This document shows, one piece after another, positions 11,231 through 22,457 of a DNA stretch of 34,617 bases. The stretch is from assembly GCA_001724265.1 (NCBI GenBank), contig MEDY01000327.1:1-34617 (forward strand), given 5' to 3'. This DNA comes from Rhizaria sp. SCN 62-66. Taxonomy: Eukaryota. Position numbers and translations under genes: made by a program. The notes under the pieces are model-generated. The model worked only from the letters and a program-made list of their open reading frames with translations. It was not told where the DNA came from and ran no database searches. The stretch's first letter is position 1; each line of letters opens with the position of its first letter.

Positions 11231-13292
11231 ATGCCTCCCCGCAAGCGCCCCGCCGACAGCACCACCGCAACCAACGCAAGCGGCGCCGCTGCCGCCATCT
11301 TCCAGGCCGCCAAGAAGCCCGCCCCGTCCTCTTCAGCGGCAGCTAACGACGCGCTTGGCAACTGGCAGCTCCTGGGCCCCAAGCAGACCCTCTACGCCCG
11401 CGCCCCCACCTCCCTGCCCGCGGCATTCATCGCCGCCCTCGCTGCCCATCGCAGCAACGACGATAGCAGCGGCAGCAGCGGCGCCGACGCCGAGGCTGCG
11501 GGCGCGGCGCCGAAGCTCAAGGTGGCCGCGTTTGACATGGACGGGACGCTGCTGGTGCCCAAGTCGGGCGCGCCTTTCCCGCGCGACCGCTTCGACTGGC
11601 AGTGGTGGAGCCCCCACGTCGCGGAGCGGTACGATCATTCGATACTGTTGCACTAAAACACAATCATTATGTTTACTGTTGTTCTATAAGTAAATTCTCA
11701 TTCGTTTACTTTGACTCTTATCCTGTTTGTATCACACTCTGGTTGTTTCTTTAGGTTGAAAGAGCTTCACAATGAAGGCTACGCCATCGTCATCTTCTCC
11801 AACCAGGCCGGCGTGTCGAAGAAGAAGCAGAGCGCGAGCGACCTGACCGGCAAGATCGACGACGTGGTCACGGCCACGGGCGGACTCCCTATCGCGGCGT
11901 ACTTTGCGATCGACAGCGACCACTACCGCAAGCCGTGCCCGGGCATGTGGTACCAGTACTTAGACCATCTAAGGGTCCTCCTGCCTTCGTGGCATCACGC
12001 TGCGATCAGTCAAGACGCGGCAGGCCTTGTCTCCCTCTCAGACAGCAACGGCGACAGCAATAGCAACAGCAACTGCGCCGTCCCGCCCGCGCTGAGCTCC
12101 TGGGTGGACACGGCCGCGTCCTTCTTCTGCGGCGACGCGGCGGGCCGCACGGCGCCCACGGCCCCCACGGCGCACAGCAAGGACTGGCGCAAGGACCACA
12201 GCGACGCCGACCGCTGCTTTGCCGGCAACGCCGCGCTGCCCTTCGTGGTCCCCGAGCAGGTCCTGCTGCCCGCGGGCCGGGTCAGCGCGGCGGGCCCCGC
12301 CAAGGGCAGCTGGGCCGTCAAGGCGGGCGCGGGCGCTGGCGTGGCGACGGCGGCGCTGGCGGACCGCGCCGTGATCGAGCAGTACGCGCGGCAGAACGGC
12401 GCTGCGGTGGTGGCCAGCAAGGAGGTCGTCGACCGCCTCATCGCCACCGGCCCCGGCGCTGCCACCCGCAGCAACAGCAACGCGCCTGGCGGCGACGGCG
12501 ACGAGAGCAAGACGAGTGACGGCAACGACGCGCTGGAGGTGGTCGTGATGGTCGGCGCCCCCGCGTGCGGCAAGTCTACCATCGCGCGGGCCCTCTGCGC
12601 GCTCCCGGCCGCATACGGCCACTCCGGCGTCGCCGCTTCCGCCGACAGCGTCGTCGGCGCAGCGGCCTACGAGTGGGTCAACCAGGACACGCTCAAGACT
12701 AAGGAGAAGTGCGCCGCGGCGGTCGCGGCGGCGCTCAAGCAGGGCCGCAACGTCGTCGTCGACAACACCAACCCCACGGCCGAGACGCGCGCGCTCTACA
12801 CACGCGCAGCAAAGATGGCCGCCGCGGCGATGTACGTATCCACGCCTTATTTGCGAACATATTCACTCCAGATTTATTTGATTTTGTTCAATTTAATGTT
12901 TCTATGCTATGTTATATCTTTACTCATCACTTTCTCCCTCGTGTCTCCTTGTTTTTTCTTCCCTCAGCGGTCGCCCCGTGCGCCTGCGCTGCGTGTTCGT
13001 GGCCGCGCCCAAGGCCGTGGCCATGCACATGCTCTCGGTGCGCGCGTGCGTCTCCGCGGGCGCCGCGCCGCACGTGCCGGGCATTGCCGTTAACATGTTC
13101 TACAGCAAGCTCGAGACGCCCGCTAAGGCCGAGGGCTTCGACGAGGTGCTCTACGTGCCCTGGGAGCCCGTGTTCCCTGCGAAGCCCGACAGCAACAGCA
13201 ATAGCAACAGTAGCGAGAGCTCTGCGCTGGGCGGGACGGCGCTGTACAGTGATGTATGGCCGCTGGAGACGGTGTTCAACTGGTATCATTGA
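11231..13292 (+). CDS. PNKP: Bifunctional polynucleotide 3'-phosphatase/5'-kinase; exons 11231-11628, 11755-12831 and 12968-13292, about 599 aa; no N-terminal FHA domain visible
   Basis: HAD phosphatase motifs: AAFDMDGTL, IFSNQAG, YRKPCPGMW, FFCGDAAGR, DHSDADRCFA. Kinase motifs: VMVGAPACGKST, WVNQDTL, VVVDNTNP, EGFDEV. Phase-2 introns 11629-11754 and 12832-12967 join the frames. Ends in TGA. Confidence 0.92.
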
Positions 13293-13648
13293 AGTATGGC
13301 GAATGGGGGATTTAGATTGACGAACTTCACTTGATTTTATTGCCTTGCGATGGCCAGGCCACGTTACAGCATGACACCTCCTAGACCTTCATTGAACTTG
13401 AATTCGTGATTTATTTTTGTTTTATAAATCATGGAAACACTTTATTATAATACAACTACACTGTTTGTGATTATTTTCATTGCTCATCACTTTCTTTACG
13501 ATCACAAAACACTTCAAAACAATTTACATGTACAAGCTGAATGCAAGCATGACACAAACTTCGCGAATCTTTCGCGTGGCAACGAAGCCGCGCTCGACAA
13601 CAGCCAACTCTATTGCGCAATTGGTACTGATCAAATCTAAGTACCCCC

Positions 13649-16600
13649 TTAGAGCCCGCCCTTGGTGGCGTTCTGCAGCAGCCCCATCCAGGCGACCCAC
13701 GACGCCCTGTCGGCGGCGTACAGGTGGAAACTGCGTGCGTCGCTCCACGCGCTCTGCCCCGCGGTGAGGTTCACGGTCACCAGCACGGCGGCGTCGGCCG
13801 TCGCGCGGCGCCTCTCGCTCTCGGCCGCCGCGCGCTGCTCGCGGTCGTACTCGTCCTCCAGCGTCGTGGCGCCCGCTAAGGGGGTACTTAGACCGCCGAG
13901 GCTTTGCGCGGTCGTCGATGCGAGCGGCGAACCCAGGCTAAAGCCGCCATCACTGTTGTTGGCATTGCCGCTGTTGTTGCCGCGGCCCTTCACGGTCGCT
14001 CCGGAGACCAACTCCGTCGCGCCCGCCTCGCCGCCCGCGCCGCCCCGGGCCTTGCTGTTGCTCGCGAAGGTCTTCGCGCGCGCCGCGTCCAGCTCCGTGG
14101 TGACCTTGGGCCCGACGACAATGGCGAACTTGCCCGCGTCGCCCGCGAAGACGGAGCGGCCGCGGAGGTCGATGAAGCCCTCCTTCATGGGCTCCTCCGC
14201 GCGCCGGTCGCGGTAGTACTGCAGCACGAACCCGCGGAGCTGGAACCAGCGCCGGCGGAAGTTGCGCAGCCGGAACAGCCCCGTGCCGCCAGACAGCTTC
14301 ACCAGATACCCCTCGGCGCACGTGCGGTGGTTGCCCAGGCCCGTGGGCTGCAGTGCGCGGCGCGGGCCCACGGAGCTGTTGCTGCTGCTGCTCGCGCTGC
14401 TGCTACTCGAGCTGCTCGAGTTGAGGCTGGAGAGACCGAACTTCTGCTGCTGTTGCGGCTGCTGTAGCTGTGTCTGTTTCTGCTGCGAGTCGGCGCTGTT
14501 GCCGTCGTCGTGGTCACTCGCCAGACTCGAGCTCAAGCCCGCGTTGCCGCCGCCGCTGCCGCTGCCGCCGCTGCCGCCGCTCGCGTGTGAAGGGTGCGAC
14601 TGCGGGACGGACATGGGGTAGGCGGCGACGAACACCACGGGCGTGAAGTAGCGCCCCTCGCTCGCCACATCGCCCGGCTGCGTGAAATGGTTGTGGATGC
14701 TCGATGCCGAGCTCGTCACCGTCGCCGAAGGCACGTCTGGCATGCTCGCGGCCGCAGCGGCCGCCGCCGCGGCTGCAGCGGCTGCGGCCGGGGTCGCGAC
14801 GGCGGCGATCGCGGCCGCTGCGGCGGCGGCAGCAACGGCGTTAGCGTTCGGCTGCGGAGGAGTCGCAGGAGCAGCAGCAGCAGCAGTAGCAGTAGCAGCA
14901 GCTGGAGTGGCGCTGGCGGCGCTGGGAGTAGCCACAGAGTCGGAGTCCTTAGCACTGTCACCAGCAACATTGACGCGGGGAGAAGCTGTCGTAGAGTCGT
15001 CGTCGTCGTCGTTATTCCCGTCGGGGTTAAATGCGTCGTCTGCCTCGGTGTTTTGAGTGGAGCCAAAGTACGAGGTGTCCAGTGAAGCGATGATGGAACC
15101 ACGCTTGCCCCGCTTCGACTTCGCAGTCTGAGCAGCGGCAGCCTCCTCCTCGTTGTCACTGATGACGGTGTTGATGTTCTCCTCAAGCTCGTCGTCGTCG
15201 TCATCTTCCCCGCCGCCACTGCCGACGTCTTCGTCGTCGCTCGCGCTATCGTCCTCATTGGTCATGCGAGTAAGCTTGTTGGGGTTGGTATGTGCATTGT
15301 GAGCTCCGACAGGTGACACGGGGGGAGAAATAACCAGCTTGTCATCGGAAGTACTCATATCATCAGACATGGCACCGGCAGCGGAGAGACCACCCTTGGA
15401 TGCAATCTCTCCTCTGTCTTTGCCCTTGTCCTTGCCTTCCTTGTCCTTCTTCTTGCTCTTCGACGTGAACAGCGCCTCGACCCGCGACACCGCGGATGCA
15501 AGCTTCTGCGTGACCTTCTTGGCCGCAGTCGGCTTGCCGCCGGCCCCAACTGCACCGGCAGCACCGTGGGCGCCCTTCTTGCCGCCGCGGTGGCTCGCCG
15601 ACGCCGCAGCCGCTGCGGCGGCGCTGACGGCCGCTGTGGCGGCAGCGACGGCGTTCGCAGTCGTCTGCGCATAGATAGGGTTGTAGTAGCCGCAGCTCTC
15701 CGCCCCAGCCACCGCGACAAGCCCGACGCCGTTGATACCCACCGCGGCGCCAGCGCCAGCGCTGCTGCCGTAGTTCGCGCTCATGGCGCTCTGCACGGAA
15801 GTTAGGCCGCCCTGGTGACCGTGCGCAGAGTGCCCGTGAGCGCCCGCTCCACCGTGCGCTTGTCCGTGCCCGTGACCGTGAATGCCAGCAGCCGCGGCAG
15901 CGCCACCGGGGGCGCGGCCTAAGTGACCGTGCGCGCTGTGGAGCGGGACCGTGGAGGCCGCGTAGAGCGCGCGGGCCTGCGCGCACAGCGCCGTGACGTC
16001 GCTGACGGGCGGGTAGTGCATGACGGACATGAGCACCGTGCCGGCGTCGCCCGAGAGGAGGCGGCGGCGGATGTGCGTCAGCATCGCGAGCGCGAAGAAG
16101 TCCACGGCCACGCCCAGGCCGGGGTCTTCGGACAGGAACAGCGCGCTGCGGGCCGCGGTGCGCGACGCTAGCACGCGGCCCAGCTGCTGCTGCGCCTGCG
16201 CAGGGGCCAGAGTCACAGCGCCAGCGTCAGATGCTGCGGCGGGAGCAGTAGGCGAGGCAGGAGAGGCGCTGGAGGCTGCGGCGATCAGTGCCGCGTCGGC
16301 TGTTGCAGTCGCAACGGCCTCGGCCTCGCGTGCCTGGACGCCAAGGCCCTTCTTTCTAACATTCGCGGTCTGATTAGCGCTAGCTGCACTTGAAACTTCA
16401 CTGCCATTCGAGATGCTGACACCCGCGGCCCACGGGGCAAAGCTGGCGCCCGCGCTATCAGTGGAAGTACATGTACTCGCAGCACTGCTGTTGGCGTTAG
16501 CGTGCACAGCATTGCTGCTGCCACTCTTACTAGTACTCGCGTTGTTGTTAACGAGCGAGCGGTTGAGCTCCTCGGCGTGCGCGAAGAGCTGGTCCCACAC

Positions 16601-19600
16601 GACCATGACCTGGCTGGGCGGGAACTCGCGCGCGAAGAGCAGGCGCAGCCAGCGCAGCAGGAAGATCTGCGGCAGCGCGCCGGCCTCCTCGAGCGCCGCG
16701 TGCACGGCCGGGTCGGCGTGGCGCAGCAGCACGTCGTAGATGAAGAGCATCTTGCGGTCCAGCAGGCTGCCGAACTGCTGCAGGTCGCGCGCCGTCGTGC
16801 TGGCGCTGTCGCCCGCGTGCGACGAGTGCAGCTGCAGCTGCTGCAGCGACAGCGGCAGCGGCACGGCCGGCAGCGCCAGCTGCGGCAGGTGGTAGCGGGC
16901 CCGGACTAGCTGGCGCTGTTGCAGCAGCGACTGCAAAGTCTGCTGCTGCTGTTGTTGCTGAGAACCTGCGGTACTCGGCTTGTCAACGAGAGTATTGCGA
17001 GTGCTTGTACTGCGGAGAATCGTCGCTGCAGCCGCGGTCGCAACAGCAACGCCAATGCTGTTGTTGCTGCTGTTGCCGCTGCTGCCGTGCGTACTGTGCC
17101 CGTGGCCGCCGTGGCCGTGCGCAGCGGAGGCCTCCATGTGATCGTTGGCGGTGAGGTAGTACACTGCGACCCGAGACATGATGCGATCGAACAGCACGTA
17201 CGCGTCGGCCTCGAGCGCCTTAGGGTGCAGCAGCGCAATGACGTCGCTGTTGACGTCCATCGCCACCGCGCTGTTGCCGCCAACGCCGCTCGCGTTGCCG
17301 GGGCCGTAGTCGCCGAAGCCGCCGCCCCCGCCGTGCTGCTGCTGGTGGTCGCCGTAGTCGTCGTCGTCGCCGGTGTAGCCCACCGCCGCGGCCTCGGCCT
17401 CGGAGTCGAAGAGCGAGTTGGCCTCACCGTCGCTGCGCAGCGCGAGCAGCACAACGGCCAGCACCTCGTTCATGCCCTGCTTGTAGCCGACCTCGCAGTG
17501 GTCGAGCGCCCACGTCACGAGCACGCGCTGCATGAGCCGGCGCGTGGAGCGCAGGCAGAAGAAGACGCGCCCAGCGTGCGTGCGTGCAACGTCCTTGGCG
17601 ACGAGCTGGCGCAGGTCGATGTGGTACTGGCGCTGGTGGAACAGCGAGGCGTCGTGCCGCGACAGCGTCAGCGGGTCAGACGCCGTCGCGGCCGTGGCCG
17701 TGATCGAGTGGCGTGCGACCGGGGTCGTGTTGCTGTGCGAGACCGCGCTAGGACGGTGGCAGCTGCTGTTGTTGTTGCCAGGGGTGTTAGCGCCCATCAA
17801 GGACGTGCTCGTTGTGCGCGTCGTGAAGGCGGTAGTCCGCAGCAGCGGGTCGGCCTGCTCGCCGTCGCTGTCGTCGCCGTCGGGGCCAGCGCTGCCGATG
17901 ATGCTCTTGACGCCGGCAGGGCGACTCGCGGTGTTTTGGCCCTGCTCATCGTCACATGTGTTCGCTTTGCCCGCAAACAGCGCCAAGCCGCCGAGTTTGC
18001 CGGCGTTCGCACTGCTGTCCTCGCCGCTTGCGCTAGCAACGCCGATGCTCGCTCTCGCTGCGCTAGCCCCAGCGCCAGTGCCAGCGCCAGTGCCAGTGTT
18101 GGTGGCGCCACGCAGCGTCATAATCTCGACGTGCAGCGCGCCGTAGGCGGCGGCGATGCGGCCGTACTCGCGCCGCAGCGCGCCTGCACAGGCCGCGGCG
18201 GCCTTGAGGTACCGTTCGTGGTGGCTGCGGCCGAGGTGCGCCGTCAGCACGGCCGACGGGATGACCGCCAGTGCGGCCGCTAAGGCCTGCGCCGCGGGAG
18301 GGTGGCCGCTCGCGGAGCAAGAGGAAATGGGAGCAGCAGCAATGAGGCTGTTGCCCGCTGGGTTTGTGCAACTACTGGTCGTGCTTGTGCTGATGCTCTC
18401 GTCGTCATTGTTAGTGTACATATCAAGGTCGTAGTAGTCGCTATCGTTATAGCATCCACAGCTCGAGCAGCGGTAGCAGCTGCACTGAGTTGCCGTGTTG
18501 GTATCGCTGTTGTTGCTGCTACTGCTCTTGTCAATAGAAACACCATCTGTGTTCTGATTATTGGCATCAAAGCTACGATTCGCGGCAGTGATGTTGTTCC
18601 TATTGTTTATCATACTTGCGTTGTTGTGAATATTGAGGCTGTGACTGTGGTTAAGGCTTTGGCTGTGAGTGTGGTCGCCTCCGGTGCCTGCGTGGTACTC
18701 CGTGCCGCGAAAGCCGGCGTCGTAGCCAGACATGTCGAGCGCGGACACGTAAAACATGTCACTGTTGCTGCCAGAAGCGCCACCCGCACTCACCCTCGCA
18801 CTTGCACTCGAACTCGCACTCGAACTAGAGCTAGAGCTCGTCACAGCCAGTTGCTGCTGACTCAAGTTCGCATTGTTTGGCAAAACGACAGTTGGAGGAA
18901 GGTTACTACCATTGCTTGCATCATTTTCAGTGTTGCCATGGTGAATCACAGAGTAGCCGTGAACGCAGCGGTCCCCGTTGGCAGTCTGTTGTTGTTGCTG
19001 TTGCTGCTGCTGCTGGGACTGCTGCGGGTGCAGCGGCGGCAGCGTGTCGTAGTCGTAGTCCTCGCGCCAGACGGCGCCGTCCCTGTTGCCGGGCGCAATC
19101 TGCCCCAGCAGCGCGCGCAGCACGCGCGGCGGCACGGCAGCCTTCTGCTCGCGCGTCAGCGCGCTGGGCAGCGCCGAGACCGCGGTGTCGACGCCCAGGC
19201 AGCGGCGCCACGTCAGCGTGCGCCAGATCGTCGCCACAGGCGCGGGTGACACCGAGAGCAGCAGCGCCACCGCGGTCGCGGGCGTGAGCGCCGCCGCCGC
19301 CGCCGACGGAGCGGCTGGAGCAGACGCAGCCGCGGCCGCGGGGCTAGCGCTTGTCGTCGATGCTGCAGCGTCGCCGGATGCTGCTGCATTGGCCGGGCTA
19401 GAGCGAGAGTGTTGGACACCGTAGGACCGCGCGCGGCTGGCAGCGCTCCCGCTCACAGCGTCGAAGCCTGAGCCTGCCGCCGAGGAGCTGCTCGACGACG
19501 AGGTAACCACGGCGTTCGCACCTTTGCCACCACTCTCCGCGTTATAGTCGAAGTTGTTACAGGGCGCGGTGGGCGTGGTGAGCATCATGTCGGCCGGTGG

Positions 19601-20266
19601 CGCGGGCGCGGGGCCGAGTGCGGGGCTCGAGAACGAGATGTTGACGTCGTCGAACTCGCTGGGGTCGAACAGGATGCACTCGGACACGCCAGGCGCCGCC
19701 GCTGCCCCGGCTGCACTCGCGCTCGCAGTCGCGGTCGCAGACGCAGCTGCAGAAGCGGCCGTGGCCCGCGGTGCGCGTGCAGGCGTGGATAGCGGAGCGG
19801 CGCTCGTGCTCGCGCTCGCGCCCTGCGGCGCCGCGCGAACACCGGCGTGGACGAAGCTCGCGCTCGACCGGTGGTTCTGGGGCAGCGTCGGCGACGGGGG
19901 GAACGGCAGCACGCTGTGGTCGCTGTGGTCCGCCGTGTCGCGCCGCAAGTACGCGTGCGCAGCGTTGGTGCCAGAGCCGGGGCCGTCTGTGTGGGCGTTG
20001 CCGCCGGCGTTGGCTGCGCGGCTGGGGTGGCCTGGAGGAGGCTCGATGGCGCTGAGCCTGAAGGCGGGGAAAAACGCGGCCGCCGCCGCCTCTGCCGCTG
20101 CGGAGCCGGTCGTGGAGTAGCGGAAGCCAGACCGAGAACGCTTCGCCATCGAGTTGTTTGCGCCGGCGCTGCTAGTGCTGTTCGCAAGCACACTCGCGTT
20201 GGTGTTCGAGCTGTCTTCTTCATCGTCGGACGAAGACGGGAACGAAGATTGAAACAAGTCAGACAT
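13649..20266 (-). CDS. TBC-domain Rab GTPase-activating protein (TBC1D5-like) with a C-terminal PH domain, 2205 aa, apparently a single exon
   Basis: TBC motifs: WRTLTWRRCLGV, VAKDVARTH (Arg finger), YKQGMNEVLA (Gln finger), EADAYVLFDRIM, LPQIFLLRWLRLLFAREF, VWDQLFA. PH motifs: AEGYLVKL...NFRRRWFQLRGFVLQYY...GFIDL...FHLYAADRASWVAWMGLLQ. Ends in TAA. Confidence 0.88.
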   Translation of the reverse strand: MSDLFQSSFPSSSDDEEDSSNTNASVLANSTSSAGANNSMAKRSRSGFRYSTTGSAAAEAAAAAFFPAFRLSAIEPPPGHPSRAANAGGNAHTDGPGSGTNAAHAYLRRDTADHSDHSVLPFPPSPTLPQNHRSSASFVHAGVRAAPQGASASTSAAPLSTPARAPRATAASAAASATATASASAAGAAAAPGVSECILFDPSEFDDVNISFSSPALGPAPAPPADMMLTTPTAPCNNFDYNAESGGKGANAVVTSSSSSSSAAGSGFDAVSGSAASRARSYGVQHSRSSPANAAASGDAAASTTSASPAAAAASAPAAPSAAAAALTPATAVALLLSVSPAPVATIWRTLTWRRCLGVDTAVSALPSALTREQKAAVPPRVLRALLGQIAPGNRDGAVWREDYDYDTLPPLHPQQSQQQQQQQQQQTANGDRCVHGYSVIHHGNTENDASNGSNLPPTVVLPNNANLSQQQLAVTSSSSSSSASSSASARVSAGGASGSNSDMFYVSALDMSGYDAGFRGTEYHAGTGGDHTHSQSLNHSHSLNIHNNASMINNRNNITAANRSFDANNQNTDGVSIDKSSSSNNSDTNTATQCSCYRCSSCGCYNDSDYYDLDMYTNNDDESISTSTTSSCTNPAGNSLIAAAPISSCSASGHPPAAQALAAALAVIPSAVLTAHLGRSHHERYLKAAAACAGALRREYGRIAAAYGALHVEIMTLRGATNTGTGAGTGAGASAARASIGVASASGEDSSANAGKLGGLALFAGKANTCDDEQGQNTASRPAGVKSIIGSAGPDGDDSDGEQADPLLRTTAFTTRTTSTSLMGANTPGNNNSSCHRPSAVSHSNTTPVARHSITATAATASDPLTLSRHDASLFHQRQYHIDLRQLVAKDVARTHAGRVFFCLRSTRRLMQRVLVTWALDHCEVGYKQGMNEVLAVVLLALRSDGEANSLFDSEAEAAAVGYTGDDDDYGDHQQQHGGGGGFGDYGPGNASGVGGNSAVAMDVNSDVIALLHPKALEADAYVLFDRIMSRVAVYYLTANDHMEASAAHGHGGHGHSTHGSSGNSSNNSIGVAVATAAAATILRSTSTRNTLVDKPSTAGSQQQQQQQTLQSLLQQRQLVRARYHLPQLALPAVPLPLSLQQLQLHSSHAGDSASTTARDLQQFGSLLDRKMLFIYDVLLRHADPAVHAALEEAGALPQIFLLRWLRLLFAREFPPSQVMVVWDQLFAHAEELNRSLVNNNASTSKSGSSNAVHANANSSAASTCTSTDSAGASFAPWAAGVSISNGSEVSSAASANQTANVRKKGLGVQAREAEAVATATADAALIAAASSASPASPTAPAAASDAGAVTLAPAQAQQQLGRVLASRTAARSALFLSEDPGLGVAVDFFALAMLTHIRRRLLSGDAGTVLMSVMHYPPVSDVTALCAQARALYAASTVPLHSAHGHLGRAPGGAAAAAGIHGHGHGQAHGGAGAHGHSAHGHQGGLTSVQSAMSANYGSSAGAGAAVGINGVGLVAVAGAESCGYYNPIYAQTTANAVAAATAAVSAAAAAAASASHRGGKKGAHGAAGAVGAGGKPTAAKKVTQKLASAVSRVEALFTSKSKKKDKEGKDKGKDRGEIASKGGLSAAGAMSDDMSTSDDKLVISPPVSPVGAHNAHTNPNKLTRMTNEDDSASDDEDVGSGGGEDDDDDELEENINTVISDNEEEAAAAQTAKSKRGKRGSIIASLDTSYFGSTQNTEADDAFNPDGNNDDDDDSTTASPRVNVAGDSAKDSDSVATPSAASATPAAATATAAAAAPATPPQPNANAVAAAAAAAAIAAVATPAAAAAAAAAAAAAASMPDVPSATVTSSASSIHNHFTQPGDVASEGRYFTPVVFVAAYPMSVPQSHPSHASGGSGGSGSGGGNAGLSSSLASDHDDGNSADSQQKQTQLQQPQQQQKFGLSSLNSSSSSSSSASSSSNSSVGPRRALQPTGLGNHRTCAEGYLVKLSGGTGLFRLRNFRRRWFQLRGFVLQYYRDRRAEEPMKEGFIDLRGRSVFAGDAGKFAIVVGPKVTTELDAARAKTFASNSKARGGAGGEAGATELVSGATVKGRGNNSGNANNSDGGFSLGSPLASTTAQSLGGLSTPLAGATTLEDEYDREQRAAAESERRRATADAAVLVTVNLTAGQSAWSDARSFHLYAADRASWVAWMGLLQNATKGGL

Positions 20267-21334
20267 TGCTCACGCGTTTGGAACAATGTTTTCGTTAGAG
20301 GCAGTCGTGTGACAATGCAGAGTTTGGGCCCTGACTTGCTTGCACAATGCAAATGCAATGTGATCGGGGACGAGCGAGCAAGCGATGCGTAGCAACAAGG
20401 CTAGCCGGATAGAATGAAGCTTTCAGGAACTGCTACTAAGAATTCCGTGTAGATCAATAAGCAGACAGCCTAGAAAATGGTGTTTTGTGAGTAGTGAATT
20501 GCGCGGAACCACGCTGTGTGTAGGTAGGATGCGATGGAAGCAAGATGATGCAGAGGAGAAAGAAAGCGACTTTGTGAGACTACTGATAGAGCTCAAAATG
20601 CATGCTGATAAATTGCAAATTTGACAATATAGGGATTATAACGTATATTATATTATATTATTATTGTAGTATCTACCAACGATGCATTTGGCGCTGTAGA
20701 TCTAGTCTCATTGGTGACGTCGCCAAGCTTCGTGTCGAGCAAAAAAGAAGAAAGCAAGCGCTGCATCAGCACAACACCAACACCCACGAGTAACTGTAAA
20801 AAATGTTGGAGTACACTCGATATATGATCTCGTGCAATAAAAAAATAGTTGATTTGAGAAATGCTACAGAATATATTCTCATGGCGGTATCATTTATTGC
20901 GAAAGATATGTTGTTATGTGTGTTCCTTATCCGGAGACTAATCCACTACAGACACTCGAACCCAAGCCACAACAAACACAATTAGGTAGAATGCGTGATA
21001 GATAACCATGAAAAAGAGCAAAGCCGTGCACGGTTTTTTCATTTCAAGCACACGAATGACATAAGACAAATTAGTCTCGAAATTTCCGATGTGTGACCCT
21101 TGTGCAAACAAACAGCTTTGTGTATAAACATGTTTGTTAATCACGGTACGCGAGCGCATCAGCACCGCATCTACTCTCTTGACATCAACTATGTAAAATT
21201 ACCACCCGCAAATCCATACATTCCACCGCTCCCGACACTCACAAACATTCGATGCTCCTCGTGTGTATCCTCCCTCATCTCGTGAGCGGACTCAAAGGCC
21301 AGCGAGCGAGCGAGTGCGCGTGCAAGTGCGCGGC

Positions 21335-22057
21335 TTAGTCGAGCAGACGGTTGGCACCCTCCCTGTTCATGTACTGGCGGAACTTCCTCTTCTTGAGCAC
21401 GCGCGCGTACGCCACGTTCCCGCCCGGCACGTGCTGGTTCTTGGTGGAGCCGAACTCGAGCGGCAGGTCCAGCGCGGCGAGCACGTCCGCCTCGGCCATG
21501 CCGGCAATGGTGGCGGCGTCGAGGCGCCGAATGCGGTCCAGCTGTTCGCGGTCCCGGGCCTCTTGCGCGAACGCCGCGCGGGAGCCGAACCCCACGCTCG
21601 CGATCGAACCAGAACCAGAACCAGACGCAGACGCGGACGCAGACGCAGGAGCAGGGGCGCTCGCGGCGTTGGCGTTGCTTTTGTTGTGGATGTTGTGGGG
21701 GCGGTCTGTGAGATCGCCCGCGTTGCGGTTGCGCCCACGGTCACGGTCGCCACGCTGCTCACGGTCACGATCGCGGTCGCGGTCGCGGGTGTCGCTGCGG
21801 TTGTCACTGCGGTTGCGCTCGTTGTAGTCACGGTCGCGGTCGCCCCTGTCGCGGTCGCCCCTGTCGCGGTCGCCCCTGTCGCGGTCGCTCCTGTCGCGGT
21901 CGCGGTCACCGCGGTCACTGCGGTCGCGGTCATCACGGCTGTCACGACTGTCGCGGCCGTTTGCACGAGAGCTCGAGTAGCTGTTGCTGCTGCCACTGCT
22001 GCTGCCGCTGCCAGAGCCGGCGCCTGACGACGAACGGTCGCCGGCGCGGTCGGACAT
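21335..22057 (-). CDS. SNRNP27: U4/U6.U5 tri-snRNP 27 kDa protein, about 240 aa
   Basis: ATG at 22057 and an RD/RS-rich N-terminus. The C-terminal FGSTKNQHVPGGN...KKRKFRQYMNREGANRLLD matches the SNRNP27 signature (F-x-STK...KRKYRQYMNR...NR-x-LD). Ends in TAA. Confidence 0.9.
   Translation of the reverse strand: MSDRAGDRSSSGAGSGSGSSSGSSNSYSSSRANGRDSRDSRDDRDRSDRGDRDRDRSDRDRGDRDRGDRDRGDRDRDYNERNRSDNRSDTRDRDRDRDREQRGDRDRGRNRNAGDLTDRPHNIHNKSNANAASAPAPASASASASGSGSGSIASVGFGSRAAFAQEARDREQLDRIRRLDAATIAGMAEADVLAALDLPLEFGSTKNQHVPGGNVAYARVLKKRKFRQYMNREGANRLLD
21833..21892. repeat. Four copies of a 15-nt tandem repeat (GTCGCGGTCGCCCCT), encoding RGDRD/RSDRD units of SNRNP27
   Basis: Three perfect copies plus one with a single substitution. 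Confidence 0.9.
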
Positions 22058-22457
22058 GTCTTGCGGTGTTTGTGAGTTTGATGGGAAGTTGCGGTTGCGC
22101 TCCTCTGTTGTGGTGCTGGTCAGAAGGGCCAACTGGAAAAGCTGTGGGGGAAGAGTGAAGCACAGAGGAGCCAGAGCAGGGGTAAGAAGAAAGTCTACAG
22201 GAAGTCAATAAAAGTATTAAATATTGATAGATAGTGTTGATAAAATATCTCGAGTAGAGATCTATTGACGAAATAGATTATACAGACCCGAGGTGGTTTT
22301 GAAGGCTCGAGACGGTTGGTTGGCTGGACGAAGCGGGTTCGTGAAAAATCAAGTTCGCCCCACTTCGCTCGCCGACCAAGCCAATGGGGGACAGAGGAGG
22401 AATTTGTTTGTTGACAAAGAGTGAATCCTACGTCAAGTGGGGATACCAGTGACAAGT

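Noticed and set aside
20400-21300. Short ORFs in AT-rich DNA (20602..20793, 20803..20985, 20938..21165)
   Set aside because: They have intergenic composition, no host-like codon bias and no motifs.
21833-21892. Tandem repeat as a CRISPR-like array
   Set aside because: There are no spacers; it encodes the RD-rich region of SNRNP27 in a eukaryotic gene.
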